A DNA stretch of 64,000 nt, from positions 77,128,001-77,192,000 of the forward strand of contig OZ024742.1 of assembly GCA_964016885.1 (NCBI GenBank), given 5' to 3'. Positions 41,320 to 55,875 of this stretch are shown in pieces. The translations under genes were made by a program, and so were the position numbers. How positions within the stretch are numbered: the stretch's first letter is position 1; each line of letters begins with the position of its first letter. Source of the stretch: Eledone cirrhosa (taxonomy: Eukaryota). The notes under the pieces are model-generated. The model made no database searches. It saw only the letters and a list, made by a program, of their open reading frames with translations, and was not told the DNA's origin.

Positions 41320-41714
41320 AAGCTGTGGCACGCTGCCCAGACTTTGCTCTTCCTCTCAACCACATCAACTTCCGCATTCCCAATCTTTGCTTCCAAATAC
41401 AATAAGTACTCAACCAATTCTAGCGGCCTACATTAGTGATCCCCTCTGGCTTCTCAACATTCTCTACCAGATATTTTATTTTAGTCTCATTCATTCCAAG
41501 CCCCACACTCATCGACAACAGTCTCAACCTCCTGCATCAAATCCTCTGCCTCCATCACTGTATTTGTCACCAAAACTATGTCGTCGGCAAATTCAGCATC
41601 CGATATCTTTATCGTCTGCTGGAGGAGCAGGTCATGGCAGCGATAATGAGGGACAGAGACCGCTGGAGATAACTTGTCCACGGATCTCGGTAATTTTACC
41701 CGCCCTAGAGATAT
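41320..41714. mobile_element. RTE 3' fragment with a 5' inversion
   Basis: 41320-41608(-) matches RTE about 8287-8578, and 41614-41714(+) matches the RTE 3' end at about 8966-9066. Confidence 0.85.
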
Positions 41715-42087
41715 ATAAAATCAAGGGAAAGAAAATATCTAAAAAATTTCAAAATAAATTTTAAAAAATTCACTGTACTTACTATATGTGCCCTTACTGC
41801 GGTTTCAAATCCCAAACGAATAGATAATCCGGGCCGATTTCCATTGAGAAAGAGGTTATAGTCAGAAGGTATTTCTCTCTAGGAGAATATAAAATTCTTG
41901 AGTTCAAAATTTCAAACTGGCGCCGTTCGAAACTGCCTCAGAATGAGAGCAAATGAATGATAAAGCAGTTTTGTCATGGTACCGTGTGCAAAGGTGGACA
42001 AGTCAATCTTGTATTGCTAAAAATAGCAGCCACTCAAACGACCAAAGGTTTTTCTGCCATTGGGGAGAATAATATATATATATATGT

Positions 42088-42276
42088 ATGGTAGCTGCCA
42101 ACTCGTTTTCTAGTACGGCCACTACTTTTATCCATGTAGGAGAACCCCTACCGATGCGCTGAACGAGTGTGACTTTTTAGTCCAGCCATCGACTTGAAAA
42201 CTCTGGTACAAACACTACACTTGTGACAATTACTGACACATAGTGCTGGGCCCATGGCGCTGGGCCCATGGTACCC

Positions 42277-42278
<2 letters not shown>
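42088..42278 (-). mobile_element. 3' end of a LINE with a C-terminal C2H2 zinc finger (RTE/BovB-like), TA-flanked
   Basis: HKCSVCTRVFKSMAGLKSHTRSAHR* followed by a ~60-nt 3' UTR running into (TA)n. Confidence 0.6.
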
Positions 42279-42347
<69 letters not shown>

Positions 42348-42597
42348 GGAAAAGAAACAAGGAAGTTTCGTTTACATATAAAAAAATATTATTTCTGCGG
42401 CGACCTGTTACGCGCGTTTCGCAGAGGATTGGCTGAAGGTAACCCATAGGAGTTATATGTTACATTGACACAATCGTCAGCGAAACAAGCGTAACAGGTC
42501 GATACATCGTTTTTTTCTATTATACAAATCTTACCTACGCACAGATTGCTTGATTTGGTACCAACACCAGTAATTCACTCTACTACCTACACACACA

Positions 42598-42645
<48 letters not shown>

Positions 42646-42671
42646 ATAATAATAAAATTGAAGACTAAAAT

Positions 42672-42876
42672 CCAATTATACTTATTAATTATAAGTGCCT
42701 TAATGCCCACCATTAACTTTAGCATCGTAAAAGCTTACTTTAGTTAAGATACCTTATGTTGCACGTTCATATACAAATTCATATGTATACATATACAAAT
42801 TCATAGGTTAGTTTCAGAAGATCCCGTTAAGGGTGAAAGCACCGATTCTTTGCTTAAACTTTAATCTGTTATTTTA

Positions 42877-42913
<37 letters not shown>

Positions 42914-43237
42914 AATAGTGAAAACAATGAAATTAAACAAAAAACGGTTAACTCATAGTAAAACTCACTATTTTACGATCATTTCTGGGGGGTAGTTCCC
43001 CGTAGTCCATTCTATTATTGATCTATGTAACGCCCGTAAAATAATGAGTTCTACTATGAAATAACCGGTTTTTTTGTTTAATTTCATTGTTTTCACTATT
43101 TGTATTTTTGACTCTGTACCCAATGAATTATATCGTTGAAATTTTTTATTTTAAACTTTGCTTCACGACAACTTCTACTTACGGATTACATTGAGTTCTT
43201 CATACGGCGTAGACCATGCCATTAGTTGGTGGATTTA

Positions 43238-43300
<63 letters not shown>

Positions 43301-43892
43301 GTGAGGTTTTTTATACAAAATGAAAAATAACCGAGGTGTCCTACACGAGTGAAAGTATAAAGAAAAAAAGATGAAATCGAAAATGCAACTGGAGTCTTAT
43401 TTTTTTTTTAATTATATATATTTATTTGGTTCCTTTACCGGTTTCGCAGTTCTTCTGCTTTTCAAAAGTAGAGTTGAGATGGAGGGTCTGGACTTTGCTG
43501 AATACTTCATCACATTCTTCAATTTCCCAGCAATTCGTCGCCAGTATGATTTTCAATATAACATATTAGCAATTATGTAAACCAGTGGCACTTCCAATCA
43601 CATTCCTCTGATTTCTTTATCTATCAGTCTTCTACAGATTTAAGGGCGCACATTGATTTGTTTAACTCAGTACATTTTACACACATATAAACAGTGTGTG
43701 ATTACTTTTTCCAATGTTCTTCATTAATATGAGATAAGAACATTTTCGGCATAGCAAAGTCGATAGCAAATACACAAAACCTGAATTTGTATATGAACGT
43801 GCAACATAAGGTATCTTAACTAAAGTAAGCTTTTACGATGCTAAAGTTAATGGTGGGCATTAAGGCACTTATAATTAATAAGTATAACTGGA
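42672..43892. repeat. ~110-bp near-perfect inverted repeat enclosing nested fold-backs
   Basis: 42672-42781 is the reverse complement of 43782-43892. Inner inverted repeat 42910-42977 / 43035-43104. Confidence 0.88.
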
Positions 43893-44025
43893 ATTATATT
43901 CCCTGAATGTGAAACAGTTAACAACAACATATATGGTATTTAATTCTCATTGAGCCGATATTCTGTTTGTGCTATTGCATTCTTATTTTTTTTAATTAGC
44001 TATTTCATATTCAATATATTAATTA

Positions 44026-44193
44026 CCGTATTTCCCTGCGCCGAATACGCTCCGTCCGCGAGGACGCAACCTAATTTTGCCAACCCAAATCTGTAAAAAC
44101 ATAATATACAATCTTCGGCCTCTAGGACGCATGGTAGATTTTTGAGACTTATTTTCGAAAAATAAGAAGCGTCTTCGATGCCGGGAAATACGG
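44026..44193. mobile_element. 168-bp MITE, Tc1/mariner-pogo type
   Basis: TIRs CCGTATTTCCC / GGGAAATACGG flanked by a TA target duplication on both sides, with internal ggacgc repeats. Confidence 0.85.
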
Positions 44194-47100
44194 TAGTTAA
44201 TACTAACTCATAATTTGTCTCATATACCTAATAAATAATAAGAGAATTCTTGTGTGTTTGACCCTAGGATTACTGCCCTACTCACCACCATCGGCACAGA
44301 CTTGGCGACCCGACGGTGTGAGCGTCGTGTGTCTAAATGGCTTTTCTTGCGTTGTCCCTCACCATCCTCCTGGGAAACGTCTTCTCTATTCTCTTCTCTG
44401 GGGCAACGTGACGGTCAGTGCGTTGCCCTCCATTTGCTTATAATAGTGAGTGATAGGGAGAGAGAGAGGGACGGAGGCAGTGACAACAGGAGTTTGGGTC
44501 CACATTATTACTTATAGTTATTAATCTAATCCATTGTAACTCGCAACTCTATATTTCAAATCTGAGTCAGGAAGGAATTACAATATATCACATTGTCTTG
44601 TTGTATGTAGACTGTAAATAATTCACATAATCTATAAACTCACGTTGCTTGAGGTGCCGTATTGAAGAGATTCATAAGGTGTTCATACGGTTAATGGAGT
44701 TAAAGTAGCGTATAGATTCAGGGTGAACCTGTGCAAGGACGTGAATTGGCCGTTTTTATACGTCTGTCTGAACAAGGATACGGAAACGACAGCTGCATTT
44801 TATGATTTGTAGATCAATTGCCGACATATCAAGCACATATCGTTAAAAAGACTACCATATCCAACATAAGACCTGTAAAGGAATTGATCAAATTATATTC
44901 GTCATTAAATATAATATATACCTAAAGTGAATGAAATAATTCACCATGAATGAATCGTATTGTTTTTATCAACATAATTTTGTAATTTTGTAACAAGCCT
45001 ACATGAGAATTATTTTATCAGAAATATCCTCCAGCTCTCCCTCTAATTATTCACCCCCGTGGGGTTCATGTTAGATTACAAAGCTAAATATACGAGATAA
45101 CTGAGACATAGGATTTGATCATAAACATAAACAGTCGATGTTGACGTGCGAATAAGTAAATCGTCCCGACCAATAATCGAAATAAAGCTTAGATGTAACA
45201 TTTCTAACACAGAAACACGACATATAATCACAAATCCTTCAACTACAGCGGGACTATGATTACAAGTGCTATCAATGTAGAAATATTTAATAAGACAAAA
45301 AAATGTATTTGCTACTGTAGATAAACATAAAATAAATATTAGACTTCATGAGTACCCATTAAATTGAATGCTTTATTCATTTCACATCAGTCCATTCTCA
45401 CCAGCATATAAACATACTGAGTATTCTGTCATAGAATAATGTTCGTGTGTTCGATCAACATTTATCTTACCTTCTTTTTCATCATATCATTTTTTTTATT
45501 ATTATTATACTGTTGAATGTTTATTGCATGTATACGTATGTTATTGGCATTGATATCTTTAGACAATGTTTGTTCATTTAATAATATTTCATAACCTATT
45601 CTGTACTCACATTATAACATGCGTAGATTGCAAAGTATTACATTAGATTAGCGTCCAAGTTTGCATTAGGTCAACATAGGTGTTCTGTGTGCAATCCTTG
45701 ATCTTCTTGAAATCAAATTTCCTACTCGCTTGAAAATCCAAACTTTGGCCAAGTGTAAGTGATGAACAATGTTCCTAGTAAAAATAACAAATCTATGATA
45801 CGTACGATGAAAACCATTCTTCCATTGCCGTGTGAATGTAATCGATTCCCATTCTTTGGAACAACAAACAACATGCCAATTCTATTTCTCTCTGTGCCAA
45901 ACTACTTTCATGTGTGCACATAAGCTCCTAGAACCTACATTATAACATGTAATTGTTCGTTGTTGTCGTCAGCAGAACCGGATTTAATAATTCTCCAAAA
46001 TACGATAATTATTGAAGAGTTGCCATGTCCGAACTGAGGGATTTTAAACGCATTTCTATTCATGCTATTTCATCAAAAGCTTTGAAAGAAAATCAAGATG
46101 TTTGTAGATCAAATATCCCAACGGCTGCATTGGTAGAGTAAAATAGGAAAATACCTAGAAAAATATAATTCCTCAGGCCTTTTTGTGCAGGACATAACAT
46201 TGTAAAATGTCTACCAGATGTGTTAGAACATTGACTGAAACAATATATGTTTGTGTGTATGTGTGTGTGCGTGTGTATGTTTATATATGTATCCATGCAT
46301 ACTTGTTTTTGCGGATGTATGTGTTCCTGTAAAGCTACTGATTGATATGGGAGAGACATATTATGCTACATAAGCATGGGGGGGGGGGGATAAATTAATT
46401 CCTGTGGAGAAAAAGATATATGAATGCTGCTCTGTATTTGATTTACTTCATCCATCTTTTGATATTGTTCACTTTCCTACAGTATAAGTTAAGTTTCATT
46501 TACATGTGTATCTATATGGGTTTTCATAAAGTAAACATGAAATGACGAAGCCGTCATGAATTGAACATGGGTTATATATAAGAATTTCCTGCAATTACGT
46601 AAAATATTTCAAATTTGTTACATTACGTTAGGAGTATTTTATATGAAATATTGGACGTGCGTTTCCACAACAATGTGTGTTTCGGTTGGTACGTACAATA
46701 GAATGTATTATTTTCGGAAAAACTTAGAAGTGATTGAGCCTTATACAAGATATGCATGCCCTTAGGCTAATTGTCAGAAGCATTCACCCAGGCGGGTTTG
46801 GGGCAGGTTTGGCTCGTTTAATTAGAGCTATATAGTTCAACATATTATACTATGTCTTGCTTAAGAGCAAGCTGTGCTGCTGTGATCAATCTCATGGCTT
46901 TACGATCAAGAAGAAAACAACATAATCACTATGTATTCACTTTTAAGTACAGTTGATTAACTGAGGATTAGAAAGAGTTACATATAGTTTTCACATATAG
47001 TGTTCGAAAACAACTGCTTACAACCTGGATTTCTGAACGATCATGTGTTTAATATAAGTCGAAAAGAACTAATATTTTGGTTCGAAATTAAGCCTGTAGA

Positions 47101-47639
47101 AATGAAGTAATAAGTCCGCTCTGATGTGTAAAGTAAGTTAAGAAAGCTGTTAATAGATTAATATGTGAAATATATGTCACATTTCAACATTTATGATTCT
47201 TAACTGGCATGCGGTCATATGCATATGTACATATAGTGGGAATGGCATGCGCACAAGTAACTGAAAGGACTAAAGGAATTAGGGTTAGGAATGAATACAC
47301 CACACAACCTGACACTTCTGCCCGGGAATGTCGATATAATCGGATAACTGGGTGCCACATGTGAGAAAATTGCAACTTTCTTTTCGATATGTGTCCTATT
47401 AAATATACCTATAAATAAGGTAAATTCGGATTATGGCATATCTAATACAATAGAGATATGAAATCAACAAACTCGTGTTTCAGAACTTTTATACACCAAC
47501 AGGTATATATTTATGCCATGCATAAATATATAGTACATGATATATATATATATACATATATATACGGTTCTTATATATTTGATATATATTTATCCTTATC
47601 GAGGCCTCTTTGGATTTTAGTCTTCAAATTTATTATTAT

Positions 47640-47691
<52 letters not shown>

Positions 47692-47911
47692 GTGAGGGTT
47701 TTTTCACAAAATGAAAAATAACCGAGGTGTCCTACACGAGTGAAAGTATAAAAAAAAAGATGAAATAGAAAATGAAACTGGAGTCTTATTTTAAAAAAAT
47801 ATATATATTTATTTGGTTGCTTTACCGGTTTCGAAGTTCTTCTGCTTTTCAAAAGTAGAGTTGAGATGGAGGGTCTGTGGTTTTTCTCACATTTTTCTCA
47901 TATATATATAT

Positions 47912-48096
47912 AATTGTTTCTACTTTTGGCACAAGGCTAGCAATTACCCAGTGCATTACTGGTACTTTATTTTACCTACCCCGTAAGGATGAAAGGCAAA
48001 ATTAACCTTGGCGGGATTTGAACTCAGACCTTAAAGGGACGTAACTATGCTGTAATGCATGGTGTTCAACCTTCTACTGATACTGCCAATCCACTG
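47912..48096 (-). mobile_element. tRNA-derived SINE copy
   Basis: Reverse of the 10512 family. Confidence 0.85.
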
Positions 48097-48146
48097 GACG
48101 TGCTGTCAAATGTTCATTACAATTTTTGATGTGTGATGCGCTAACA

Positions 48147-48234
48147 GTCGTCTGATGAGCGTTTGATTACAGAATCGGTCCCGATCGACAGAGATCGAAC
48201 CTTGAGCTGATCAATCGTGAAACACGCGTCACAC
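48147..48234 (+). ncRNA. Hammerhead motif, canonical core, ~60-nt extended stem II
   Basis: gtcgt-CTGATGA-gcgtttgattacag...ctgatcaatcgt-GAAA-cacgcg-TC-acac, with AATAAA at 48238-48243. Confidence 0.65.
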
Positions 48235-48420
48235 CTCAATAAATATAATGAAAATTTGACACTATATCTCTCTCTTTCTCTCTCTCACACACACGCACAC
48301 ACACGCTCTCTCTCTCTCTATCTCTCTCTTACTGTATATATATATATATACATATATTTTTTTTATCCCGAATGAAACAGTTCTAGGTCTGTAGAAGCAT
48401 TTCCTATATATTATATATAG

Positions 48421-48527
48421 AAAATCCGCCGAGGTTTACTTTGCCTTTCATCCGTACGGGGTCGATAAAATATAGTACCAGTAATGCACTGGGTAAATGC
48501 TGGCCTTGTGCCAAAAGTAGAAACAAT
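48421..48527 (+). mobile_element. 5'-truncated SINE copy
   Basis: 3' half of the 10512 family. Confidence 0.8.
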
Positions 48528-48543
48528 TATATATATATATATG

Positions 48544-48597
48544 TGCAGTTTTCTATCTATGTATATACCTGTTAGTATATATGTCTTCTGTTAAACC

Positions 48598-48629
<32 letters not shown>

Positions 48630-48744
48630 CGGCACGAGATTAACGTTTCCGTCTGTTAAATTCGTCTCACCGTGAAATAATTTTCTCGAGGTTTAAAAGA
48701 AGACTTATATATACTAACAGGTATATAAATAGATAGAAAACTGC
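48544..48744. repeat. Small fold-back with ~57-bp arms around (TA)n
   Basis: tgcagttttctatctat...aaacctcga / tcgaggttt...atagatagaaaactgca. Confidence 0.8.
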
Positions 48745-50363
48745 ACAAAATATAATTATTCATATATTTAGATAGGTTTATATGATTCAGTACACGAATG
48801 CATGCGTACATATAAGTTCTTGTGAGAGCGTGTGTATATGTATCGCTATCTATTTGATAGTTCATTTCTATAACATATCTACTCTGCTAAATCGCTATGC
48901 AGCGAAAGACTAATCATCGCCTTTAATCTAATTTGGTATTGCTTAACTCAAATCCAATGCTTTCAAAATATCCATAGTAAAATTGTTTCGTGACCATATA
49001 TAATATGAACGATAAGTTTAGGAATGGCGAGAACTATCCGATCTACGAAGTGTGAAGGTATATATATATATATATATTACTTTACTGAAGAAAATTATCG
49101 GTAATTTACTTGGATCACACTCGAATGCAAATCAATGATGATAATTGTTCAAGTCAATTCATTTAGAAAGTGGAGAAGGTTAAAAGATTTATATTAAAAG
49201 GAATATTTTTTGCTCAATTTTGAAAATCATTGTTCGAATTTCAATTTCAAAATGTATATTTGTAAATCGATTTCTGTTATACTGAATGATAATTCCATGG
49301 TTTTATTATCTTAAAGTATTGTTTTTAATATGAATTTAAATTATCGTCTTTCGTATGTAAATATTTATATTCTATTGTTTGAGATGGCTCTCTTGTTTTC
49401 ACATTTTGTTACTGACCTATATGGATTACTGGTCTGAGTAATTGTTTCTACAATGATTTCTATATGTATGCAAATATCCATATATAATGTTGTGTATGTG
49501 GTGTAGTAAACGGGATAGAGTACGACTATGTCGGCTGAATAAAATGAAATTCGGTAACGTATTGCTTAGAATAGTTCAAATATTCCTATAGATCAAGTAG
49601 AAATTAGTTTTTACTTCAATGATGCAGTTATTTCAAAACCGTCTGAAACTTGTGATGCTCTAACCCTGTAGTAACATGATGTAATGTATGGTATTTTGAT
49701 GTAGTGGAATGATGTATGCAATAGTATAAGTGTGGCTTGTTTCTATTACTGTCAGAACGTCTTTCACTTATTAGTTCAAATTCTTTCCGTATTTACAGCT
49801 GCATTTCGTATTCTCTTTGGGATTCAATAACTGCCTGGTTAAACATAAATGGGAAGTCATTACACGACTATAGCTGCTACTTTAGTAACTAGTGGTTCAA
49901 TGTCAAAGGAAATGTTGTAGATTGTTTATATTTCACACAACATATCATCACTACGGTATTTGCACATTTGAAAAAAAGGAAGTTAAATTACTAATGTATT
50001 ACAGTATAGTGGTAATATCATTCCTTCTTGGAAAAGTATCGTATAGCATTGGACTTTCATGAGAAAATATAATTAGGGTTATATCACTGGAATGATATTT
50101 GTATATTCTATTTTTACATGGACACTAATTTTTAGAATATTCAGACTCACCAGATTCAATAATTTCATAAAATATGTTTTCCGCATGTTTTCTCTCCTTT
50201 TCCCAATGGTTACCATTGTCTACTTAGGTATATTTCAAAGGTTGAAGAGACCGTGTGGAGCTAAAAGCCTACGTTATTGGTTAGATTTTAATTGTTCAAC
50301 TTGATTCATTTGCAAGCAAGTGTAATGAGGCTGTTTGGTTGCAAATGTATCGAATAAAAGAAT

Positions 50364-50585
50364 GGCGATGGATTGGCAGTATCGGAAGAGCGTCGGACAA
50401 GAGCGGTGGAATGGCAGTATCCGTAGAGCGTTGGAGACCATGCTTTGCAGCATAGAGTTACAGTCCTTTACTGTCTTAGTTGAAGTCCCACCAGGTTAAC
50501 TTTACCTTTGATCCTTACGTACTGGGGTCGATTTAATCGACTTTCCCCTCCCCCCAAATTACTGGCCTTGTGCCTTTATTAGAAA
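50364..50585 (+). mobile_element. tRNA-derived SINE copy with duplicated head
   Basis: Two tandem tggcagtatc heads, then the SINE body. Confidence 0.75.
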
Positions 50586-50939
50586 TCCTTATTATTCGAT
50601 ATAAAACTCACGAATAAATTTTCGTATCCACTGTGGTATAGCGAAGAACTAAATTTTAATTTTGTTCTTAATTTTTGGCAAAGCCAATAGTAAAATCGCT
50701 CGTTATGCAAATTAGGATAATCAGCCGATGTGTACTTTAAAGCATAGTATATATTACCATGCGTTCAAATGAGTGAAAGAAGAGAGATACACAATACAGT
50801 CAAAGGGAAATAATCCAGAAACAGTATTGTCGGTTGTTTCTCTCTGTCACCACTAGTATAAAAGGATGTCGATGGTTATCTAAAAAAATTCCGTAAGAGG
50901 GTTTTTGTTTGAAATAACCCCTTAGCTTCACCATCCAAA

Positions 50940-52110
50940 AGCGAGGACAAACAATGAAGAGTAAAGCTGCAAGGCGACTTGCAGAAACGCCACCACCATC
51001 AACACCACAATCATCACCACCAACCACAACCACACCATCACCAGCATTACCACAAAGAGCAACATCGCAAACACAACAAGGCCCATATACGCAACAGAAA
51101 CAAAAACATAGCACCCCCTCCCCCAAAAAAGTACACAGCCATAAACACTGAACACAAGGGATTAATGGAACATATAAAACAACACACAGATATTTCAGAC
51201 TTAAATTACCATACCCTACCAACACAAGGAACATTACCTAAAAAGATTACAATTGATGAAATTAAACTGGAAGACTATAAACAATTAAAGCAAAAATTGT
51301 TCAACCGCGTTGGGGATTTCATAGGGTCACTCTCCAAAAGAATATATATAGATATCATCTTGGAGACACCCATGACCAGTCAAAGGGACGGTTCCACTGT
51401 CCCTTCCCTATACGATCAAGGTGTGTGATCCTTACTCACTTACCGCGTTCTTCACCCAGCATGGTCGTACTTAGAATAGGCAGTATAAATGTACGTGGCC
51501 TGGGGTCATCATGGAAGCAGGGCCACCTACTCAACGTCCTCAGATCACTAAACGTTTTAGGTACTGGATCGCTGCGATGCACAGCGACATCTAATCGATT
51601 GTGAGGGTGAATGGTCCCCTTTCACAGCCGTTCAGCATCATGCGCTCGCTCCGTCAGGGTTGTCCACTCTCGTCCCTCTTCTACGTATTGGCCGTCGAGC
51701 CGTTACTACACAAATTGGAGACGATGAGGGGGGTCCCACGAGAACTGGGATGCGGGCGATGCCTGTCAGCTTATGCCGACGGCGTCACCGTGGGGATGTG
51801 GAGCACCAAACACGTCCAGATGCTCGGCACCGCTCTCAAGAAATACGAAGAGTTGACAGGAACAAAGATAAACTAGGAAAAGTTGCTTGGCTTGCGACTC
51901 GGCACCTGTAGAGGCGAGTCCATGCTGTCCGACAGCGTCGGGGGCACTGAGCGGAAGGACTGGTTAAATTGCTCGGGGTCTGGTTCGGTCCGGACCTCCA
52001 AATGGAGAAAAACTGGAGAGAAGTAACGAGCAGGGTGGCCTCTCTCACCCAGAAATGTGCCAAGAGGAGGCTGTCTCTGAAAGGTCCGGCGGAGGTGGCG
52101 AATGCGTATA
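50940..52110 (+). pseudogene. L1/Tx1-like LINE remnant: ORF1 tail, ORF2 start fused by a large deletion to RT
   Basis: The ATG at 51461 gives MVVLRIGSINVRGL (APE start). About 100 nt later come RVNG...RQGCPLSSLFYVLAVEPL, SAYADG, KINxxK, LGVWFG and RLSLKG. An upstream P/T/Q-rich ORF ends at 51428. Confidence 0.8.
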
Positions 52111-53151
52111 CCTACTGGGGAATGGGCTTCACGCACTCTGTTCCATCGCTGGTGGGTTATGATCACCTGAGAGATTCCGTATCAGGTATGATCTCCCATT
52201 AATTTATTCCAAGCTTACATTGTAGCCGTCGAATATGGAAGGATCCCAATAATCTGATTTGCCTCATGGAAATATTCCATGTTTCTCATCCATACAACGG
52301 ATTTCAAACGCATATATGTTAGTACAGAATAACCTTCGTATAAAGATTAACATTCATGGAGACATATTCGTGCATATTGTGGAGGATTATAAATCGGTAA
52401 CAAATTCTAATTTCTATAATTTCCTCTAATCTATATTTCCTCTAATCTAATTTCTATAATTTCCTCTAATCTACTATATTCACAATTCAGTGTAACGAAA
52501 CGTTGATTTATTATATATGTTACTGTATACATTATTATACACGGCATATAGAGAAGCACTACTAGGCACTTCACACATATAACGTGGAACACTTTCAACA
52601 CAGTCCAAAATTATACAAAATTGTATCTTGTATCAAAGGCACATAGTTGCATTGAATTGGTAAAAAACACAGGCAATGAGAATAAGATTATTGAATATAT
52701 TTTATTATCTCCGACTAGATTCTGAATTGCGTTAATTCGGAGTAAGCACCGCTAGAACAATATACAATATAATGGGATTGAAATAACCTGAGAACTACAT
52801 GACAAACAAACAGTAAAAAATAACTTGAATAAGATGAATAGTAGAAAATAAATTAATAGAATACCATGGCGCTAAGGAGAACACCCATAAGAACAATAAG
52901 TACCATTGTCTATTTCTAAGTTACACATAAAACCGTAAACATTGTAATGGCAAGGAACGGTCGATTAGTTCTTATTTTATCGACTGCAGTAATGATTAAA
53001 AGCAACGTGGATTCACGGAAAATTGAACGCCAGTCGCAACGAGTCTAAACAGATAAAGCCTCAATACAGTAGCTTTAAATCTACCGAACTCACTTCTATG
53101 AAGTGGTTCCAGTCATATGTGTTAACGGAAGAAAATCTCCGTAGATTTTTT

Positions 53152-54230
53152 TAAATTAAGGGAGTCATGTCCGAGACATTCGCCATATCCACCGTAGAAT
53201 AAGCTCAAAGATACCAATGAATAGACCCGAGCATTTTATATCAAGTAGAAATTGATTGACATATATATATATTTAAAATAAACACATGAAACAATCGCAA
53301 GGGGTAATGTGTAAAGTGTGTAAGCACACACAGCTAGGTAGGTAACTAATTAAAGTTTAACTAGAACTTCAAATATTACCTTTTAAAAATGATTACTCTT
53401 CCTTGTATATATTTCATTAAAGAAATATATTTCACTATTAATCCGTAAAGTCACAGTAGCCAAATAACGGATCTTTAGCAAGGGAGAAGATTTAACTATC
53501 TGTGTTTACACATCAAATGCAAATCTGCCAATGACCCATCGCACGTGTTGCATTTTTAAAACTACACACATCGTGACAGTGTCATCCCAGTGGTGTGAAT
53601 AGGGTTATCGACAGCTAGAAATAGCAGCCGCGTCCTTTCAACTGAGTTAGCTCTACAATTAAGGAGCCGTGTATATATCCGAGACATGCGCCATATACAC
53701 CGTAGAATAAGCTCAAAGATTCCAATGAATAGATCCGAGTATTTTATATCAATTAGAAATTGATTGACATATATATATTTAAAATAAACACATGAAACAA
53801 TCACAAGGGATCTATTCATTTGTTTCAGCTTATTCTACGGTGGATATGGCGCATGTCTCGGACATGACTCCCTTAATTTAATTAAATTTTTGATATATAC
53901 ACGGCCCCTTAATTGTAGAGCTAATTCAGTTGAAATGACTCGGCTGCTATTTCTAGCTGTCGATAACCCTATTCACGCCACTGGGACGACGCTGGCACGA
54001 TGTGTCTAGTTTTAAAAATGCAATATGTACGACAGATCATTCGCAGATTTGCCTTTGATGTGTAAACACAGATAGTTAAATCTTCTCCCTTGCTGAAGAT
54101 CTGTTTTTGACTACTGTGAGTTTACGGATTAATAGTGAAATATATTTCTTTAATGAAATATATACAAGGAAGATTAATCATTTTTAAAAGGTAATATTTG
54201 AAGTTCTAGTTAAACTTTAATTAGTTACCT
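53152..54230. mobile_element. Complex fold-back element with direct and inverted modules
   Basis: Arms 53340-53679 / 53892-54230. Direct repeat 53171-53303 / 53680-53810. 53810-53880 inverts 53152-53225. Confidence 0.85.
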
Positions 54231-54269
54231 ATGAGAATATTTTTCATTTATTAATATTTTGAATAATAT

Positions 54270-54358
<89 letters not shown>

Positions 54359-55086
54359 ATGTGTGTTGGGATGTACGTTAGTGTGTGTGTGTGTATCTTT
54401 ATGTTTATGTGTGTGTGTGTGAGTAAACATGTTTAGTTTATTTGCGGGTGTAATCCTCTAAAGATTTTCAAATGTAGCCTTGACTATAATCTGTTGCTAG
54501 AAAAATATACTGTACATAATATTGCTTTACATTTATTACAGTAGTATTTGATAGCTGCATACGTATACGTCACATGTTTAACTCGGCACCAGCCACCATA
54601 CGTAGTTATACATATTAATTGACAAAGTGCATTCATCAGTGAAGATACATGTTTTCTCTTTATTTACCTGAAAACGCATTTCACATGTCACATACCCGAC
54701 CCATGAAAATATGTGACCTTTGTTTTTCTCATACAGATGATGCCTTGAAGAAAATGGCGGCTAAACTGAAAGGTCATAATATTCTTCTTACATCAATATC
54801 AATTTACATCTATTAATGTACTTTTATAGCAGTGATTTAGAACAGACTTTATGCGAATATATTCTAGCCGAATCAATATCTTATGTATTATATATAAGGT
54901 CGCTACCAATCTTTTTTTATATTAGGAATTTATTGGTATATTGGCAATGTTTACAGTGCTATTGGTGCATATCTCAGTTACCGTCGCAGAGAATAATTGA
55001 AAGATGTGCATAATAAAATTACGTTAAGAGAAATTCGAGGGAAGTAAACACACATACATATATACTTAGATATTCACCCACAACAA

Positions 55087-55189
<103 letters not shown>

Positions 55190-55192
55190 TAT

Positions 55193-55379
55193 ATAGGAAA
55201 ATGTATGAGCCCGTGGCAGAACTCAAGCCGTTTCGGCGGCTATTTCTGGACAGTCCAGAAATAGCCGTCGAAACGGCTTGAGCTCTGCCATACATTTTCC
55301 TATTACACACTTTACTACCCTAAGTATTGAGTACTCTGGTGCGTTATCGTCCATCTGGTTCCTTACCACAACTACTTCG

Positions 55380-55381
<2 letters not shown>
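55193..55381. mobile_element. Family X fold-back element between (TA)n tracts
   Basis: Palindrome centred on ctgga-cag-tccag; the right arm reads gtc-GAAA-cggc-TT-gagctc. Confidence 0.8.
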
Positions 55382-55437
<56 letters not shown>

Positions 55438-55714
55438 CAATGTTTATGATATATGGATGGAAATGATTAAAGCATGTGCTTGGTGAGCTGTTAATAATAC
55501 ATTTATTTCTATTTTATGCATGTATAAAATCAAAGATCACATCATGTAGAATGCAAAATAATGGGAGAACGGTGATATATTTCTTAGGTACGTTATGATG
55601 GGAAGTATGTTTATGTCTTTGTTTCTTTTAATACACTTATCTTAGGTTATTTACGTAGCAGGATCTGAGGTGTTGTAACTAAATTTACTCTCTTGCACGT
55701 GGATGCTACATATT

Positions 55715-55875
55715 TCGGACGCCATGCTTTAGCGCATAGAGTTACGGCTCTTGTAATTCTGAGTTCAAATCCCGCCGAGGTTACCTTTGATTTTCCTCCT
55801 TACAAGGTCTATAAAATAAAGTACCAGTAATGCACTGGTTAATTGATGGCCTTGAGCCAAAAAGTAGAAACAATT
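55715..55875 (+). mobile_element. tRNA-derived SINE copy, 5' truncated
   Basis: 10512 family. Confidence 0.8.

Noticed and set aside
42148-42240. Host C2H2 zinc-finger gene exon
   Set aside because: A single finger ending in a stop, followed by a short tail and flanked by (TA)n; it fits a LINE C-terminus better.
50800-51234. Val/Gly/Cys-rich antisense ORFs and His-rich frame
   Set aside because: These are alternative frames of the CA-rich LINE ORF1 remnant.
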